Origin: Tubiluchus corallicola
Taxonomy: Eukaryota; Animalia; Priapulida
DNA length: 38,719 bases
Assembly (NCBI GenBank): GCA_030141605.1
Contig: JAQGDQ010001481.1
Location: 1-38,719 of the forward strand
Direction: 5' to 3'
The stretch's first letter is position 1, and each line of letters starts with the position of its first letter. The notes beneath the pieces are model-generated. The model worked only from the letters and a program-made list of their open reading frames with translations. It had not been told where the DNA came from and searched no databases. Positions 25,791 through 38,719 of this stretch are shown piece after piece. The position numbers and the translations under genes are program-made.

Positions 25791-26248
25791 CCCTTTCATA
25801 CCCGGTGTATCCCATGGGATACGAGAATATTTTCTGCCTTTATAATTAATAGAATTTTAAAACTGACAGTTATTTGATCTGTTAACAGTTATTTTGATTT
25901 AAGCCAATAACAATAGACTAAAATGGTGATAAAATGGCAAACTAGAAAATCTACATAGCATAAAAAAACTGCGCAAGGTACAGTACTTTAGAGACGACTT
26001 TGTACAGATCAGCATAGCGTGCATATTAAATGTCTTAAATACTTTAAAAAATTATCAGCAGTTGCAAAATGAAGCAGATTTTATGCTTCCATTGAATCCC
26101 AATGTATCCCGTAGGATACAGGCTGTATTTAGCACGCAGGCACAGGTAGAAAAAATAATTATTATGTGTAAACAAGATGGACATACTGAACAAAAGTACC
26201 AAGCCAAAAAAAATTTTCTTATTAAAAAATAATGTGGGACTGAAAGGG
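25791..26248 (+). mobile_element. piggyBac-type MITE (family A, copy 4)
   Basis: TTAA at 25787-25790 and 26249-26252, CCCTTTCA TIR. Confidence 0.92.
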
Positions 26249-26716
26249 TTAAATTATTATTATTATAAACCTTTTATTAGTATCATAATTGTAATCGTAA
26301 ATGTTGGATTTAGTGGCTCCATGAAACTCTGGTTTAAAACTGTCAAAAACTCTCTTAAGTATGTAGCTTAGTCTCCAGTTGATTTGATTTATCCTGTATA
26401 AGAGTAATGCTTGTTTAATATTCATTTAATTTAATTCAAACAATTTTATTACAGGCACTTAAAACATTTATAGGTAAAAGCAGCACAACTTTATTAAAAC
26501 TTTTACATTAAAAAGTTAAAATCATGCCAGTTGTTTTAACAGACTGCTGCTGTCATCATCAGTGGTAAATTTACAAACATACAACCAGTTTACATAGGCA
26601 GAGTCCATTATGCACTAATTAGTAATTAACAGAAGCCAAATAGCTAATGAATGAGCAGAGCAGTAAATACATAATTAGTGCTTAAATTACTGTGTCAATT
26701 TCTTTTCTACTGGTCT

Positions 26717-26961
26717 GCTTACTTGCTTGCTTGCAGGCTTACTTACTTACTTACTAACTTACTTACTTACTTACTTACATACTAACTTACTTACTCACTT
26801 ACTCACTCACTCACTCACTCACTCACTCACTCACTCACTCACTCACTCACTCACTCACTCACTCACTCACTCACTCAGTCACTCACTCAGTCACTCACTC
26901 ACTCACTCACTCACTCACTCACTCACTCACTTACCTACTTACTTGCTTACTTGCATGCGTA

Positions 26962-27041
<80 letters not shown>

Positions 27042-27390
27042 ATTAATTATTTAATTACGCAGTTAATTACTTATTTAATAAACTAATTATTTACTTATTT
27101 ATTCGCTCACTTGCCCACTCACTCAGCTAATTACTTACCTACTTACTTGCTTGCTTGTTTCCTTCCTTCCTTCCTTCCTTCCTTACTTACTTACTTAGTT
27201 AGTTACTTACTTACTTGCTTGCTTGCAGGCTTACTTACTTACTTACTTACTTGCTTGCTTGCTTGCAGACTTACTTACTTACTTACTTGCTTACTTGCTT
27301 GCTTGCAGGCTTACTTACTTACTTACTTGCTTACTTGCTTGCTTGCAGACTTACTTACTTACTTACATACCGACCTACCTACTAACTTAT
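26717..27390. repeat. Compound tetranucleotide microsatellite (ACTT/ACTC/GCTT/CCTT)n
   Basis: Read directly; it abuts the splice acceptor at 27412. Confidence 0.95.
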
Positions 27391-27412
27391 TCACATATAT
27401 TCTTTGTTTCAG

Positions 27413-27902
27413 ATCCTAACTGCACAGATGAAGACCGTCAGCAAAGATCTGTACATAAATCACAGATTCCTCCAGTCACAGAATCTTCTCACATTTCTTT
27501 CTTAGAGGTGCATCTGGCCCCCAACACTCTGGCGGGCTTACAAGTCAGCGGTTCTGTGGAACCTCCTCACGCCCACGCAATTCCTTCTTCGGAAAACCAT
27601 TCAGAAATCCTAAGAACCATACTAAGGACAAGCATACACATTCAAGTCCATCCAAACAGTCTCTACAAAGAAAGAGGATTAGATCCACACTTATCCGTCT
27701 CAAAATTGAAGTTGAAGAGGTCACGTGGTCACAGGATGCATCCCTTACAGTACGGTTGCCAGGATAGATGGTCCTGGAATAAAAGGGATAAGAGCCACGA
27801 AGTGAGACTGTATGGTGCTGATTTCGCAACCGCACACTTCCATCCAAATTGGAGCAATGGTACTGCTGGTGTCAGAGGCACTAGAGTGCTGAACAATGGC
27901 AG
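27413..27902 (+). CDS. SPSB3: SPRY domain-containing SOCS box protein 3-like, exon with the SPRY N-terminal part (conserved portion from ATG 27736)
   Basis: Acceptor TTGTTTCAG|, GCQDRWSWNKRDKSHEVRLYG...AHFHPNWSNGTAGVRGTRVLNNG, phase-2 donor AG|GTAAGA. Coding status of 27413-27735 is uncertain. Confidence 0.85.
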
Positions 27903-28129
27903 GTAAGAAGCTATTAGATTACATATTGTAAATCCCGTACAACTTTCATTCTGTTTTACCATGTGGTATGCAGTATATCTTCAACTGTCAGCTGACCCTT
28001 CTACATTTCTTTTCAATTCATTTCTTTTTCTCATCTTCTTGCTTTTTTCTTCCTCTCTGCCTTGTTTTTCAATTTTTCTCCCTAACTACCCGTCTACACG
28101 CTTATCTGTCTAACAACTTATCTGTCTAC

Positions 28130-28545
28130 CTAGCAACCTACCTACCTATGTAAACACTAAACCACCTACTTCACGACCTACCTACTTACCTTTCTACCTA
28201 CCTATCTACCTACCTACCTGCCTACTTACCTACCTGTCTACCTACCTACCTACCTATTAACCTTTCTACCTACCTAATTATCTACCTACCTGCTTACCTA
28301 CCTACCTACCTATCTTCCTACCTACGTACCTACTTACCTACCTAGCTACATACCTACCTACCTACTACCTACCCACCTAAATATTTACCTACCTGCTTAC
28401 CTACGTACCTACCTATCTAGCTATCTACCTACTTACTACCTACCTACTTACCAACCTACCTACCAACCTACCTACCTACCTTCCTACCAACCTGCCTACC
28501 TATCTACCTATCTACGTATGTACCAACCTACCTAACTGCCTAGCT
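28130..28545. repeat. Degenerate (CCTA)n microsatellite
   Basis: Read directly. Confidence 0.9.
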
Positions 28546-28564
28546 AGATTTTGGATCGACAGGA

Positions 28565-29185
28565 TCGAAAGGTCAAAGTCAAGGTCAATGTCATGGAAGA
28601 AATCTTAGTCTAGTTACATAAATCTTAACGTTGAATAAGTGAGATAACTTACGTGTAAGATTTTCATGATGTTTTGAAATGTAGCCACATCTGGCATTTA
28701 TAATTGACATGTGCAAAATACGCATATCTTGGAAATTGTCTCTGAGAAGGTCAAAAACAAGGTCACGGTAAGTTCAAGGTTACAACAAGTCCCTGATGAA
28801 ATGATTGAAACAATTCTGTTATGTAGGCACTGCGGGACTACATGTCAAAGTTTCTAACAGGTCAATTCAAGGTCATGGTAAGTTCAAGGTTACACCAAGT
28901 CCCTGGTGAAATGATTGAAACAGTTCCGTTCTGTGGGACTACATGTCAAAGTTTCTAACAGGTCAGTTCAAGGTCATGGTAAGTTCAAGGTTACACCAAG
29001 TCCCTGGTGAAATGATTGAAATAGTTCCGTTATGTAGGCACTGCGGGACTACATGTCAAAGTCCCTGAAATGAGTGAAGCAATTGCATTACACAGGCACT
29101 GTGTAGATTATTATATTTCTAAGTCTCTAACATGGAAAAGTCAATTCAAGGTCATGGTCGCTAAGATCGAAAATTCAAGGTCAGC
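28565..29185. repeat. AAGGTCA-rich repeat with ~3 tandem ~100-110-bp units (28758-29062)
   Basis: CAAGGTCA(C/T)GGTAAGTTCAAGGTTACA recurs at 28758, 28868 and 28969, with many AAGGTCA motifs around it. Confidence 0.8.
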
Positions 29186-29231
29186 AATTCCTATCAAGAC
29201 TCATATTCTCAGATTGCATATTTTCTTGCAG

Positions 29232-29739
29232 ATTTTACTGGGAAATCCACGTGTCTCAGCGAATCTTTGGAACGTCGATGATGTTCGGCATCGGTACGAA
29301 GAACGCTCGACTCCACATCGACGCGTTTGTGAACATGTTAGGTGAAAACGAACAGAGTTGGGGTCTCTCGCACAAGGGCCTCTTGTGGCACAACGGAAAA
29401 TGTCGGCAATACACGAAACCTTTCCGGGAAAACGAGTCGACAACGATCGGTCTTTATTTCGACGGCTACCAAGGAACTTTGACTTACTACAAAGATGGCA
29501 CCTGCCTCGGTGTGGCCTTTAATGGTCTGAATAAAATAGAGGACGATTTATATCCGATAATTTGCTCGACGGCGGCCAAAACGGAAATGACGTTGGGACT
29601 AACGATGCGCGGATTTCACAACTTACAAGATCGTGCGCGTGCGCAGATTATCTGCCGTGTGTCCAACGAGAACGATTTGGACAAATTGAACTTGCCGAAT
29701 AAGCTCAAAGAGTACGTCAAAGACGGGCTGACTTGCTGA
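29232..29739 (+). CDS. SPSB3: SPSB3-like last coding exon (rest of SPRY plus SOCS box)
   Basis: Acceptor TTTTCTTGCAG|; AG+A restores R-FYWEIHVSQRIFGTSMMFGIGT...SWGLSHKG...LYPIICSTAAKTEM, then SOCS box NLQDRARAQI...LNLPNKLKEYV and TGA. Gives 224 aa from ATG 27736. Confidence 0.92.
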
Positions 29740-30530
29740 CGTCAGTGTGTGACGTATGATGATGTCATGGCGCTATTTTCTAGACTGAGTAGGGAGATTT
29801 CTGCGTACTTAGCACCGTCAAAATAGTTCGAGTGATCAATGCGCTGGATAATCGATCTACTTTATAGGGTAATTGCTCCACAAGTTACATTGTTTCTTAT
29901 AGTACTTAATCAGGTCGCTTAATATTCATTAATTTTAATGAGTTTTTCGTGAACTTGATTTAGCAAACGAATTTTATTGTCTGTCATTAAAGTAAATCGT
30001 ATTTAATCGTATTTTATTTAGTACTGTTTTGCCAAACTTAGAAACTTAGAGGCAACAAATCACAAGATGTCAGCTAAGGAATTTGTGATACAACAAGCTG
30101 CACATTTCACACCTTAATTATCTCAATTATTGGTCCTTTAAGTGACAACCTGGCTAGTTACGCCACTAAAACCTAGTTCACAACGCCTGACCAGTTTTAG
30201 TCCGAATCTGGTCATTATATTTTGCAATTTTTAAACATATTTTTATTTTGTAATTTCTTTTGATTGCAGTAAAAATGACTCGTTTTACAGTTTGAACAAA
30301 AAAAGTTTTTCCTTTGCTTTCAATCCTCGTTGAACAGTGTGAAACAGGCACTAGGATCTGTAGAAAATTCTTTACTACAGACCGTGATAATTTAGGTAAA
30401 AAATTAGGTAAGAATTTAGGTAAAAATTTAGCTGGGAGCCATCACAAATCCATCCCTATCTTCGATTATGCTGCAGGATTTCCAATGAAATAAGTAATTA
30501 TTGAGAAATTTAATGGATTTTGTACGCATA

Positions 30531-30938
30531 CACTCATATCTCGGTTTGCCGGACAAAAGCGAGAAGGTCCGAATTTGCCGATTGTCCGTATTTACCGATA
30601 CTAAGCTAATACAGCAGGCGCCGTGTATTAGACTCGCCGGTAATGTAGAATCAACTGCTTAATTGTCTCAAAAACGTCTAGTACCTGCCGTTACTATGTA
30701 AAAGTGTGTAAAAACTGATTTGATTCAAATAACTCGGCATAATTGATTCAATATTTTTATGCATAAAGATCCGCACGTGGTTACACTGAAGTAAACAAAG
30801 TGACGGCCCGCCATCTAGCGGTCAGCTCGTGAAACAACGGACTCTCTCCGTAGTATTCGGGACTTTTTAACGGTCCAGATTTTTTCCGTTACTTTTCGTA
30901 TCCGTAAAAGCGAGGTCCGACTAACCGAGATACGAGTG
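30531..30938. mobile_element. Tc1/mariner-type MITE (TA TSD)
   Basis: TA|CACTCATATCTCGGTT...AACCGAGATACGAGTG|TA. Confidence 0.85.
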
Positions 30939-31619
30939 TATATGTGTAAATAGGTCTTAGCGAGGTACCTATAATTTTAACAGTAACTAATTCGCTCCAT
31001 CCAGGCATTATAATAATTAAGCAGTACCTACTAGTAAAGTATGAGACTAAGATACTGAACGATGTAAATTTTGATACTTTATTATCGGGTATAGAATAGT
31101 ATATATTGTAAGTTTAGTAGCTGCAAATTCATTGCTAAATAAGTTGTAATTTAAGTAAATATTAGATTAGACGTTTATTAGTTATTTTTACATATCCACA
31201 TCATGTTGAAATAATCAAATCTTTGATGGCAGGCCTGCAAAAGTGCAATAATGTGACTGTAGGTGGCGTTAGAAACTGCATGTCTAGTAGCGTAGTGGCG
31301 CATGCGCATTCGACACTAATATAAAGGCGTTTTCAAGTAACAACAGCGGGTCGGAAAGTGACCATGTTAGTCCGATAATCATACCAGCTTCTTGTCCATT
31401 ATCATCCGTAAACGTAATAACATTATATGATAAAGTTGAGAATCGTCAGACCTGGATAGTAGGTTGACAGGTGGGCTTATTAACCAGAACGTCTGTTTAG
31501 GATAAACTATTCTATTTACCTAAAAACTTTGGAACGTTCCAATCTTATTAAGCAGTACAGGAACTAATCCTTTTGCACATACAACGTAATCCAACTTCCG
31601 TGTCAAAAATCAGACAATG

Positions 31620-31892
31620 ATATTGTACTGGTCAATCTTCCCACTACAGATAATGACTGTACTGGTCAAGCTTCTCACTCCCTCTACAGACAATAACATT
31701 GTACTGGTCAAGCTTCCCACTCCCTCTACAGACATTGACATTGTACTGGTCAAGCTTCCTACTCAATCTTCCTACTTCCTTTACATACATTGACATTGTA
31801 GTGGTCAAGCTTCCCACTCCCTCTACAGACAACATTGTACTGGTCAAGCTGCCCACTCCCTCTACAGATAATAACATTGTACTGGTCAAGCT
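31620..31892. repeat. ~39-42-bp tandem repeat, ~6 copies
   Basis: CATTGTACTGGTCAAGCTTCCCACTCCCTCTACAGACA(ATA)A units. Confidence 0.9.
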
Positions 31893-32320
31893 CATCACTT
31901 ACAACAGGCGTTCCAGACCCGGTCACTGACACGTTAAACAAAAGCACAGATACAGAGCACCTGTTCGTCTGTACCACCCACCTCCCTACCCCCTCAGCTG
32001 TGACCTGATTGCTCGAGAGCCGTCAAGTAAGATTTCAGTGCCCTCTTCTTGTTTGTAACTCGTGGTACAGCGTGGCCAGAAATAAGGCAACCTTTTCAGT
32101 ACTGAACATTTATTAAAATCAAGGATTTAATGGCACACGGATTTTTTTTAAATCATTTAACTGATTTTCCAATATTTTTGCATATCATGTGTCAGTTATA
32201 ACAACATTGACGCAAAAAAATATTGAAAACTTACTAAAAAAATCACCATCAATGTCAAAATAATTTGAAAACGTACAGCTGTTATTTCGAAATTTATTTT
32301 TTAAATTTAAGTTAAGATGT

Positions 32321-32471
32321 CAAGTACCAACTTACACCATCGAATGTAACAGACCACAAACACTTGCCGCTCACCCATGTATAAGTACATCCTAATGGCA
32401 AGTACCAACTTATACCATCGAATGTAACACACCACAAGCACTTGCCGCTCACCCATGTATAACTACATCCT
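32321..32471. repeat. 78-bp tandem duplication
   Basis: CAAGTACCAACTTA...GTATAA.TACATCCT at 32321 and 32399. Confidence 0.9.
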
Positions 32472-33241
32472 GGGCCATGTATAAGGCACATTATATTGTG
32501 AATACAAATACGTACTATTTTTGAAAGTCGCTGTATCTACACAGTGGCTTGCGAAGAAAGAATAATAGATTTCGTAACAAATATGTTATTTTTTCACTAA
32601 CTTTGTTTATATTTATACCATATTAAAATAATCAATCGCGTTCATTTGATCTAGAATCGATCTAATTCAATTAAGTTGAAAAATATATTTTTGCTTTGAC
32701 ATTTTCTGCATCTAGAACAGCTGGAATGTTGTATGAAACGGTTCTTACCCCGCCAGAGGAGCCCTAGTAGATTTATTTATAGCAGACTAACGTAAGACTT
32801 TGGTGATTTCTGAATCACCTATAGCTTTTGTAAGTTTTGGGACAATATTAATACAATAGGAAATATAGATTATTGATTACAATAGATAATTTTACAATTT
32901 CCGCCCACTTTTTCTTTAATAGCCTTATAATTAAATAGTTATAAATACAATTACAATTATTTTATAATTATATTATAATTATAAGCTAACTCACCCAGTT
33001 AAAAACTGTTCCTCTTTTTTGAAAAATCAATAATGTTCCTTAGTGTCTTTAATAGAACTGGTATAAACACAATAATTTTATGCAATACTTAATAAAATAG
33101 TTTAAAAAAAAACTAAGCCCTGACCAAGAATTGAACTCACTTACCGACGGTTTTAGCTTGTCCATGCAGTAGTTTTGTTCCATAGTAATAAAGCACATCA
33201 CAGTAGTAGATCTATTAAACGTATGTATGCATGATAGTAGG

Positions 33242-33639
33242 TGGGGGTGAGCATCCTTTACCGGAAAGAAAATTCGAATCGAATCGAATTTGTGACTTTC
33301 GAGTTCGAATCGAATTCGAATTGAGTCTGAAATATTTTCGAGCAAGTTTTCAAACCGCCAGTAAAAAGCGGTCTTACAAAGATCTTGCATATTACTTGTA
33401 AGCTCAACAAAGATCTTGCATATTACTTGCAAATCCACTAATAATTTGCTTAAAAATCGTGCACAGAATTACAGCTAACTGCCTGCTGCTTCAAGCGTTT
33501 TATAGTGATAAAGAACATCTATGGTTGAAGTGCTGAATTATTCGAATCTATAATAATGGCTAAAAAAACTCGTTCGAATCGAATTCGAACGTTGGAAGTC
33601 AAACTTTCGTTCATCATCATTATCATCATCATCATCTTC

Positions 33640-33680
<41 letters not shown>

Positions 33681-33816
33681 TATCATCATCATCATCATCA
33701 TAATCTTCATCATCATCATCATCATCACCATCAACATCATCATCATCATCATCATCATCGTCGTCGTCGTCGTCGTCGTCGTCATCATCATCATCATCAT
33801 CACTATGGTCAACATT

Positions 33817-33851
<35 letters not shown>

Positions 33852-34009
33852 TATCATCATCATCATCAACATTATCATCATCATCATCATCATCATTTTC
33901 ATCTTAATCTTCATCTTCATCTTCATCTTCATCTTCATCTTCATCTTCATCTTCATCTTCATCTTCATCTTCATCTTCATCTTCATCTTCATCTTCATCA
34001 TCATCATCA

Positions 34010-34042
<33 letters not shown>

Positions 34043-34076
34043 TCATCATCATCATCATCATCATCACATCAACATT

Positions 34077-34117
<41 letters not shown>

Positions 34118-34214
34118 TATCATCATCATCATCAACATTATCATCATCATCATCATCATTTTCATCCTTATCTTCATCTTCATCTTCATCTTCATCTTCC
34201 TCTTCATCTTCATT

Positions 34215-34261
<47 letters not shown>

Positions 34262-34403
34262 ATTACGCCCATTACGTCTATCGTAGACTTTCGGCAGGCT
34301 CCGAAAATAAAAGAAATCTGTTCTCAAGACAGGCTGCTAAAACCAGCTGCTATGCCAGTGGCTTGTCAGCACCACTTCCTGAAACATTCGATGCTCACCC
34401 CTA
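33242..34403. mobile_element. hAT-like element enclosing an (ATC)n microsatellite
   Basis: TIR TGGGGGTGAGCATC / GATGCTCACCCCTA (13/14 match), repeated TTCGAATCGAAT subterminal motifs, 8-bp flanks only 5/8 identical. Confidence 0.65.
33611..34261. repeat. (ATC)n/(GTC)n/(ATCTTC)n compound microsatellite
   Basis: Read directly. Confidence 0.97.
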
Positions 34404-34670
34404 AGAATACGGTGTTTAGTTGCACATTAGTTAAGCTCATAATCATTCGCGTAATTTATTTATTGGTTGTATTTATTTGTTTGTATTTATATTGCCTCAT
34501 GGTGAGCAAGTATGAGTCATCTAGTCATAACAATATTGTATGTTGTATTTTACTAACATGAATTTGTTTTTATATACATGTAATTTTCGTTTAGTTTAGC
34601 AGCGTGAAAGACACACAGTTTATTTTGGTCGTTTTACTTCTACTACTCTTATGTATCCTTATTCTCAATA

Positions 34671-36578
34671 AGCCTTTTCACAGTTCCAGTGATTGATGAT
34701 GATCGTGAAAAGGTAAAAGGGTTAAGTGTACCAGACAACGCATTTGTGTACACTTGGTAACGCCTCGCAGCCCATGTTATAGTAATAGTAACAGTTTTAA
34801 TAGCTAGCTAGAACCTTGCCTAGTTCATTTTTTCTTGTAACAGCTAGCTAGAACCTTACCTAGTTCATTTTTTCTTGTAACAGCTAGCTAGAACCTTGCC
34901 TAGTTCATTTTTTCTTGTAACAGCTAGCTAGAACCTTACCTAGTTCATTTTTTCTTGTAAAAGCTAGCTAGAACCTTACCTAGTTCACTTTTTCTTGTAA
35001 CAGCTAGCTAGAACCTTACCCAGTTCATTTTTTCTTGTAATAGCTAGCTAGAACCTTGCCTAGTTCATTTTTTCTTGTAAAAGCTAGCTAGAACCTTACC
35101 TAGTTCACTTTTTCTTGTAACAGCTAGCTAGAACCTTACCTAGTTCATTTTTTCTTGTAACAGCTAGCTAGAACCTTACCTAGTTCATTTTTTCTTGTAA
35201 AAGCTAGCTAGAACCTTACCTAGTTCATTTTTTCTTGTAACAGCTAGCTAGAACCTTACCTAGTTGATTTTTTCCTGTAAAAGCTAGCTAGAACCTTACC
35301 TAGTTTATTTTTCCTTGTAACAGCTAGCTAGAACCTTACCTAGTTCATTTTTCCTTGTAACAGCTGGCTAGAAACTTACCTAGTTCACCTTTTCTTGTAA
35401 CAGCTAGCTAGAACCTTACCTAGTTCACCTTTTCTTGTAACAGCAAGCTAGAACCTTACCTAGTTCATTTTTCCTTGTAACAGCTGGCTAGAAACTTACC
35501 TAGTTCACCTTTTCTTGTAACAGCTAGCTAGAACCTTACCTAGTTCACCTTTTCTTGTAACAGCAAGCTAGAACCTTACCTAGTTCATTTTTTCTTGTAA
35601 CAGCTAGCTAGAACCTTACCTAGTTCATTTTTTCTTGTAAAAGCTAGCTAGAACCTTACCTAGTTCACTTTTTCTTGTAACAGCTAGCTAGAACCTTACC
35701 TAGTTCATTTTTTCTTGTAACAGCAAGCTAGAACCTTACCTAGTTCATTTTTTCTTGTAACAGCTAGCTAGAGCCTTACCTAGTTCATTTTTTCTTGTAA
35801 AAGCTAGCTAGAACCTTACCTAGTTCATTTTTTCTTGTAACAGCTAGATAGAACCTTATCTAGTTCATTTTTTCTTGTAACAGCTAGATAGAACCTTATC
35901 TAGTTCATTTTTTCTTGTAACAGCTAGATAGAACCTTATCTAGTTCATTTTTTCTTGTAACAGCTAGCTAGAACCTTACCTAGTTCATTTTTTCTTGTAA
36001 AAGCAAGCTAGAACCTTACCTAGTTCATTTTTTCTTGTAAAAGCTAGCTAGAACCTTACCTAGTTTACTTTTTCTTGTAACAGCTAGCTAGAACCTTACC
36101 TAGTTCATTTTTTCTTGTAACAGCTAGCTAGAACCTTACCTAGTTCACTTTTTCTTGTAACAGCTAGCTAGAACCTTACCTAGTTCATTTTTTCTTGTAA
36201 AAGCTAGCTAGAACCTTACCTAGTTCACTTTTTCTTGTAACAGCTAGCTAGAACCTTACCTAGTTCATTTTTTCTTGTAAAAGCAAGCTAGAACCTTACC
36301 TAGTTCACTTTTTCTTGTAACAGCTAGCTAGAACCTTACCTAGTTCATTTTTTCCTGTTTCTAAGCAAGATCCTGCTAGCAAATCACTCTATGCACAGAC
36401 TAATGCATAGTTAAGTAAAATCCACGTAAAACAACTGAAGTTACTGAACTAATGTGGCAGGCGGCTTTGCTTTACACACATATCACGTGCTAGCTGTAGT
36501 TAAGAGGCGTTACTGTGGTACACTTAACGTTTGACATACAGCAACTGCGCGTGCGCACTACGAAACTGTGAAAAGGCT
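34671..36578 (+). mobile_element. TA-TSD MITE (family C), expanded 1908-bp copy
   Basis: AATA|AGCCTTTTCACAGTT...AACTGTGAAAAGGCT|TATT; both arms are colinear with 6451-6837. Confidence 0.88.
34799..36358. repeat. 40-bp minisatellite, 39 copies
   Basis: Unit AACAGCTAGCTAGAACCTTACCTAGTTCATTTTTTCTTGT, holding an exact 40-bp register throughout. Confidence 0.97.
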
Positions 36579-36836
36579 TATTACTGCTTAATGGTGAAAT
36601 GAATATTCATCAATAGCGGTTTATCTTGAAATTGAGATGATTAATGTTCAATTACTGCTAGAAAAAATGGAGTCTGCAGCGTGGCATGTCTCCAATTACT
36701 CAATTATAATTATTTACTTTGTGCTCTGATATCTTCCGGGTCCATATGTCACCATTTGGAAGGCATCTTTGTAGAGACGCGTTCACATTTGGTTGATGAT
36801 TCAGATTTTGTTCACACGTACAGGCTCATTCTGATA

Positions 36837-37177
<341 letters not shown>

Positions 37178-37987
37178 ATTGACATTTTAAATTGACACCT
37201 TGTCCTTTAACAACAACGTCCGCATGTTATTCTTTAAAGCAATTTTTTGTCAGCTGTATAAATTATTAATTTCTGTTCGATTAGTTTCTAAAATAATTGA
37301 TTATGCAGCCGCAGCAGCAATACGTTTTTCGATTAGTGAGTCATGATGACTAAGCGAAAAACCTATTTTCTCTTCTCAAGTAGCAATGATGCTATTGGCT
37401 AATTGCAAACGATCATTCTGCGCCGAGTAGAAAATTGCTCATCTAACAATAGCTGCTAGGATGAGGTTTGATGATTTAGATTTGATTTCGATGACACAGA
37501 CCACGAGTATTGTTTAGAACTGTCTAACTACGTATGTATGTAGTTTATTGACATATATATATATATATGCGTTACGGATTACGCATCACGCATTGCGTAT
37601 TCCGCATCACGTACACATGGAGTCATACCTTAACTATCAATGATTTTTTTGTATAAGTTCTGTGAATTTATCGGTTTTCTGTGTCTGTAGACTGTGTTAT
37701 TAGTATAAACTTTAGCTGTAATCTGTGAATTGATTTTTGAAGCGATACTATTGAGTATTTTGCAGACTTACTGAGGTAAATTGTCTCAGTCAAAGTTGTC
37801 AAGTCACGTTGTACATATTGAGTTATTGTCTGAAATACTGAGAGAAAATTTTCTACTTTTCTATATGTAAAGTTGCGTATGATTCGTGTCAAAAATGATA
37901 AAATAAAGAATTAAATTTTGTATTGAGAAAAAAGTACTGTGGTTTTTCATTCGTTTAGTATTTTGTATTGTTTCCTTGGCATAGAGT

Positions 37988-38124
<137 letters not shown>

Positions 38125-38539
38125 GAGAGTCTAGCTTTGATTCTGAGTTCAGGAATTGTAGAAAGCCTCTCTTTCATTGCTTCATCGTTTGAAAGCTGGT
38201 CTGTACAAAGCCCAGGTTTAGTTTAACCATGAAAACTGACTAAACTTGCTCACCTGATTACATTGTGTACCTGAAAACACTGCACACCTGTAACTTAGCG
38301 GATGAATGATTGCAATAACAAACCGCTTGATAAACATGATAATTAGACAATTATTAACAATTAAGCAAAATATTACAATACTGAACGGGCTCACAACACG
38401 CTAAGTTAATTGAACCGCGGACCAACAGATGTCAGCACCGCGCTCCATGAGTCTTCGCAGATTTATTGCGACGTACTCTGCAATAATCAACCTAGTGGCG
38501 CCATCTAATGAAGAGTGTAGCAAGCATTCAAGCGTTATT

Positions 38540-38638
38540 CTTTTCCCTCCGCTTTCCCTCTCGCTCTGTCTCTCTCTCTCTCTCTTTCTTTCTTTCTCTC
38601 GCTCTCTCTCTCCGTCTCTCTCTCGAACCCTCTCACTC

Positions 38639-38690
<52 letters not shown>

Positions 38691-38719
38691 TTCCTCTCTC
38701 TCTCTCTCTCTCTCTCTCT
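38540..38719. repeat. (CT)n imperfect microsatellite
   Basis: Read directly. Confidence 0.92.

Noticed and set aside
36700-36826. Minus-strand peptide NVNASLQRCLPNGDIW, reminiscent of a class-B GPCR hormone-binding motif
   Set aside because: In-frame stop just upstream, no polypyrimidine acceptor, and too short to support.

Overview
AT-rich, repeat-dense animal (probably invertebrate) genomic DNA, not prokaryotic. Three protein-coding genes are supportable. (1) The first coding exon of mitochondrial sulfide:quinone oxidoreductase (SQOR) lies on the minus strand at 4815-5021; its later exons appear to be left of the window. (2) A complete, intronless M18 aspartyl aminopeptidase (DNPEP) CDS at 10561-11904 is arranged head-to-head with SQOR, probably via a 5'UTR intron. 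(3) A spliced SPRY/SOCS-box gene (SPSB3-like) has exons at 27413-27902 and 29232-29739, plus a candidate in-frame first exon at 23620-23692. The rest is non-autonomous transposons (four piggyBac-type TTAA MITEs, several hAT-like and TA-TSD MITEs, two tRNA-derived SINEs, two LTR-like copies, LINE 3' remnants), micro- and minisatellites. The most notable pattern is that several minisatellite arrays sit inside transposons, and for two families the window holds both a one-unit copy and an expanded copy. I see no evidence of a novel multi-gene system; family assignments come from recognised motifs, not database searches.
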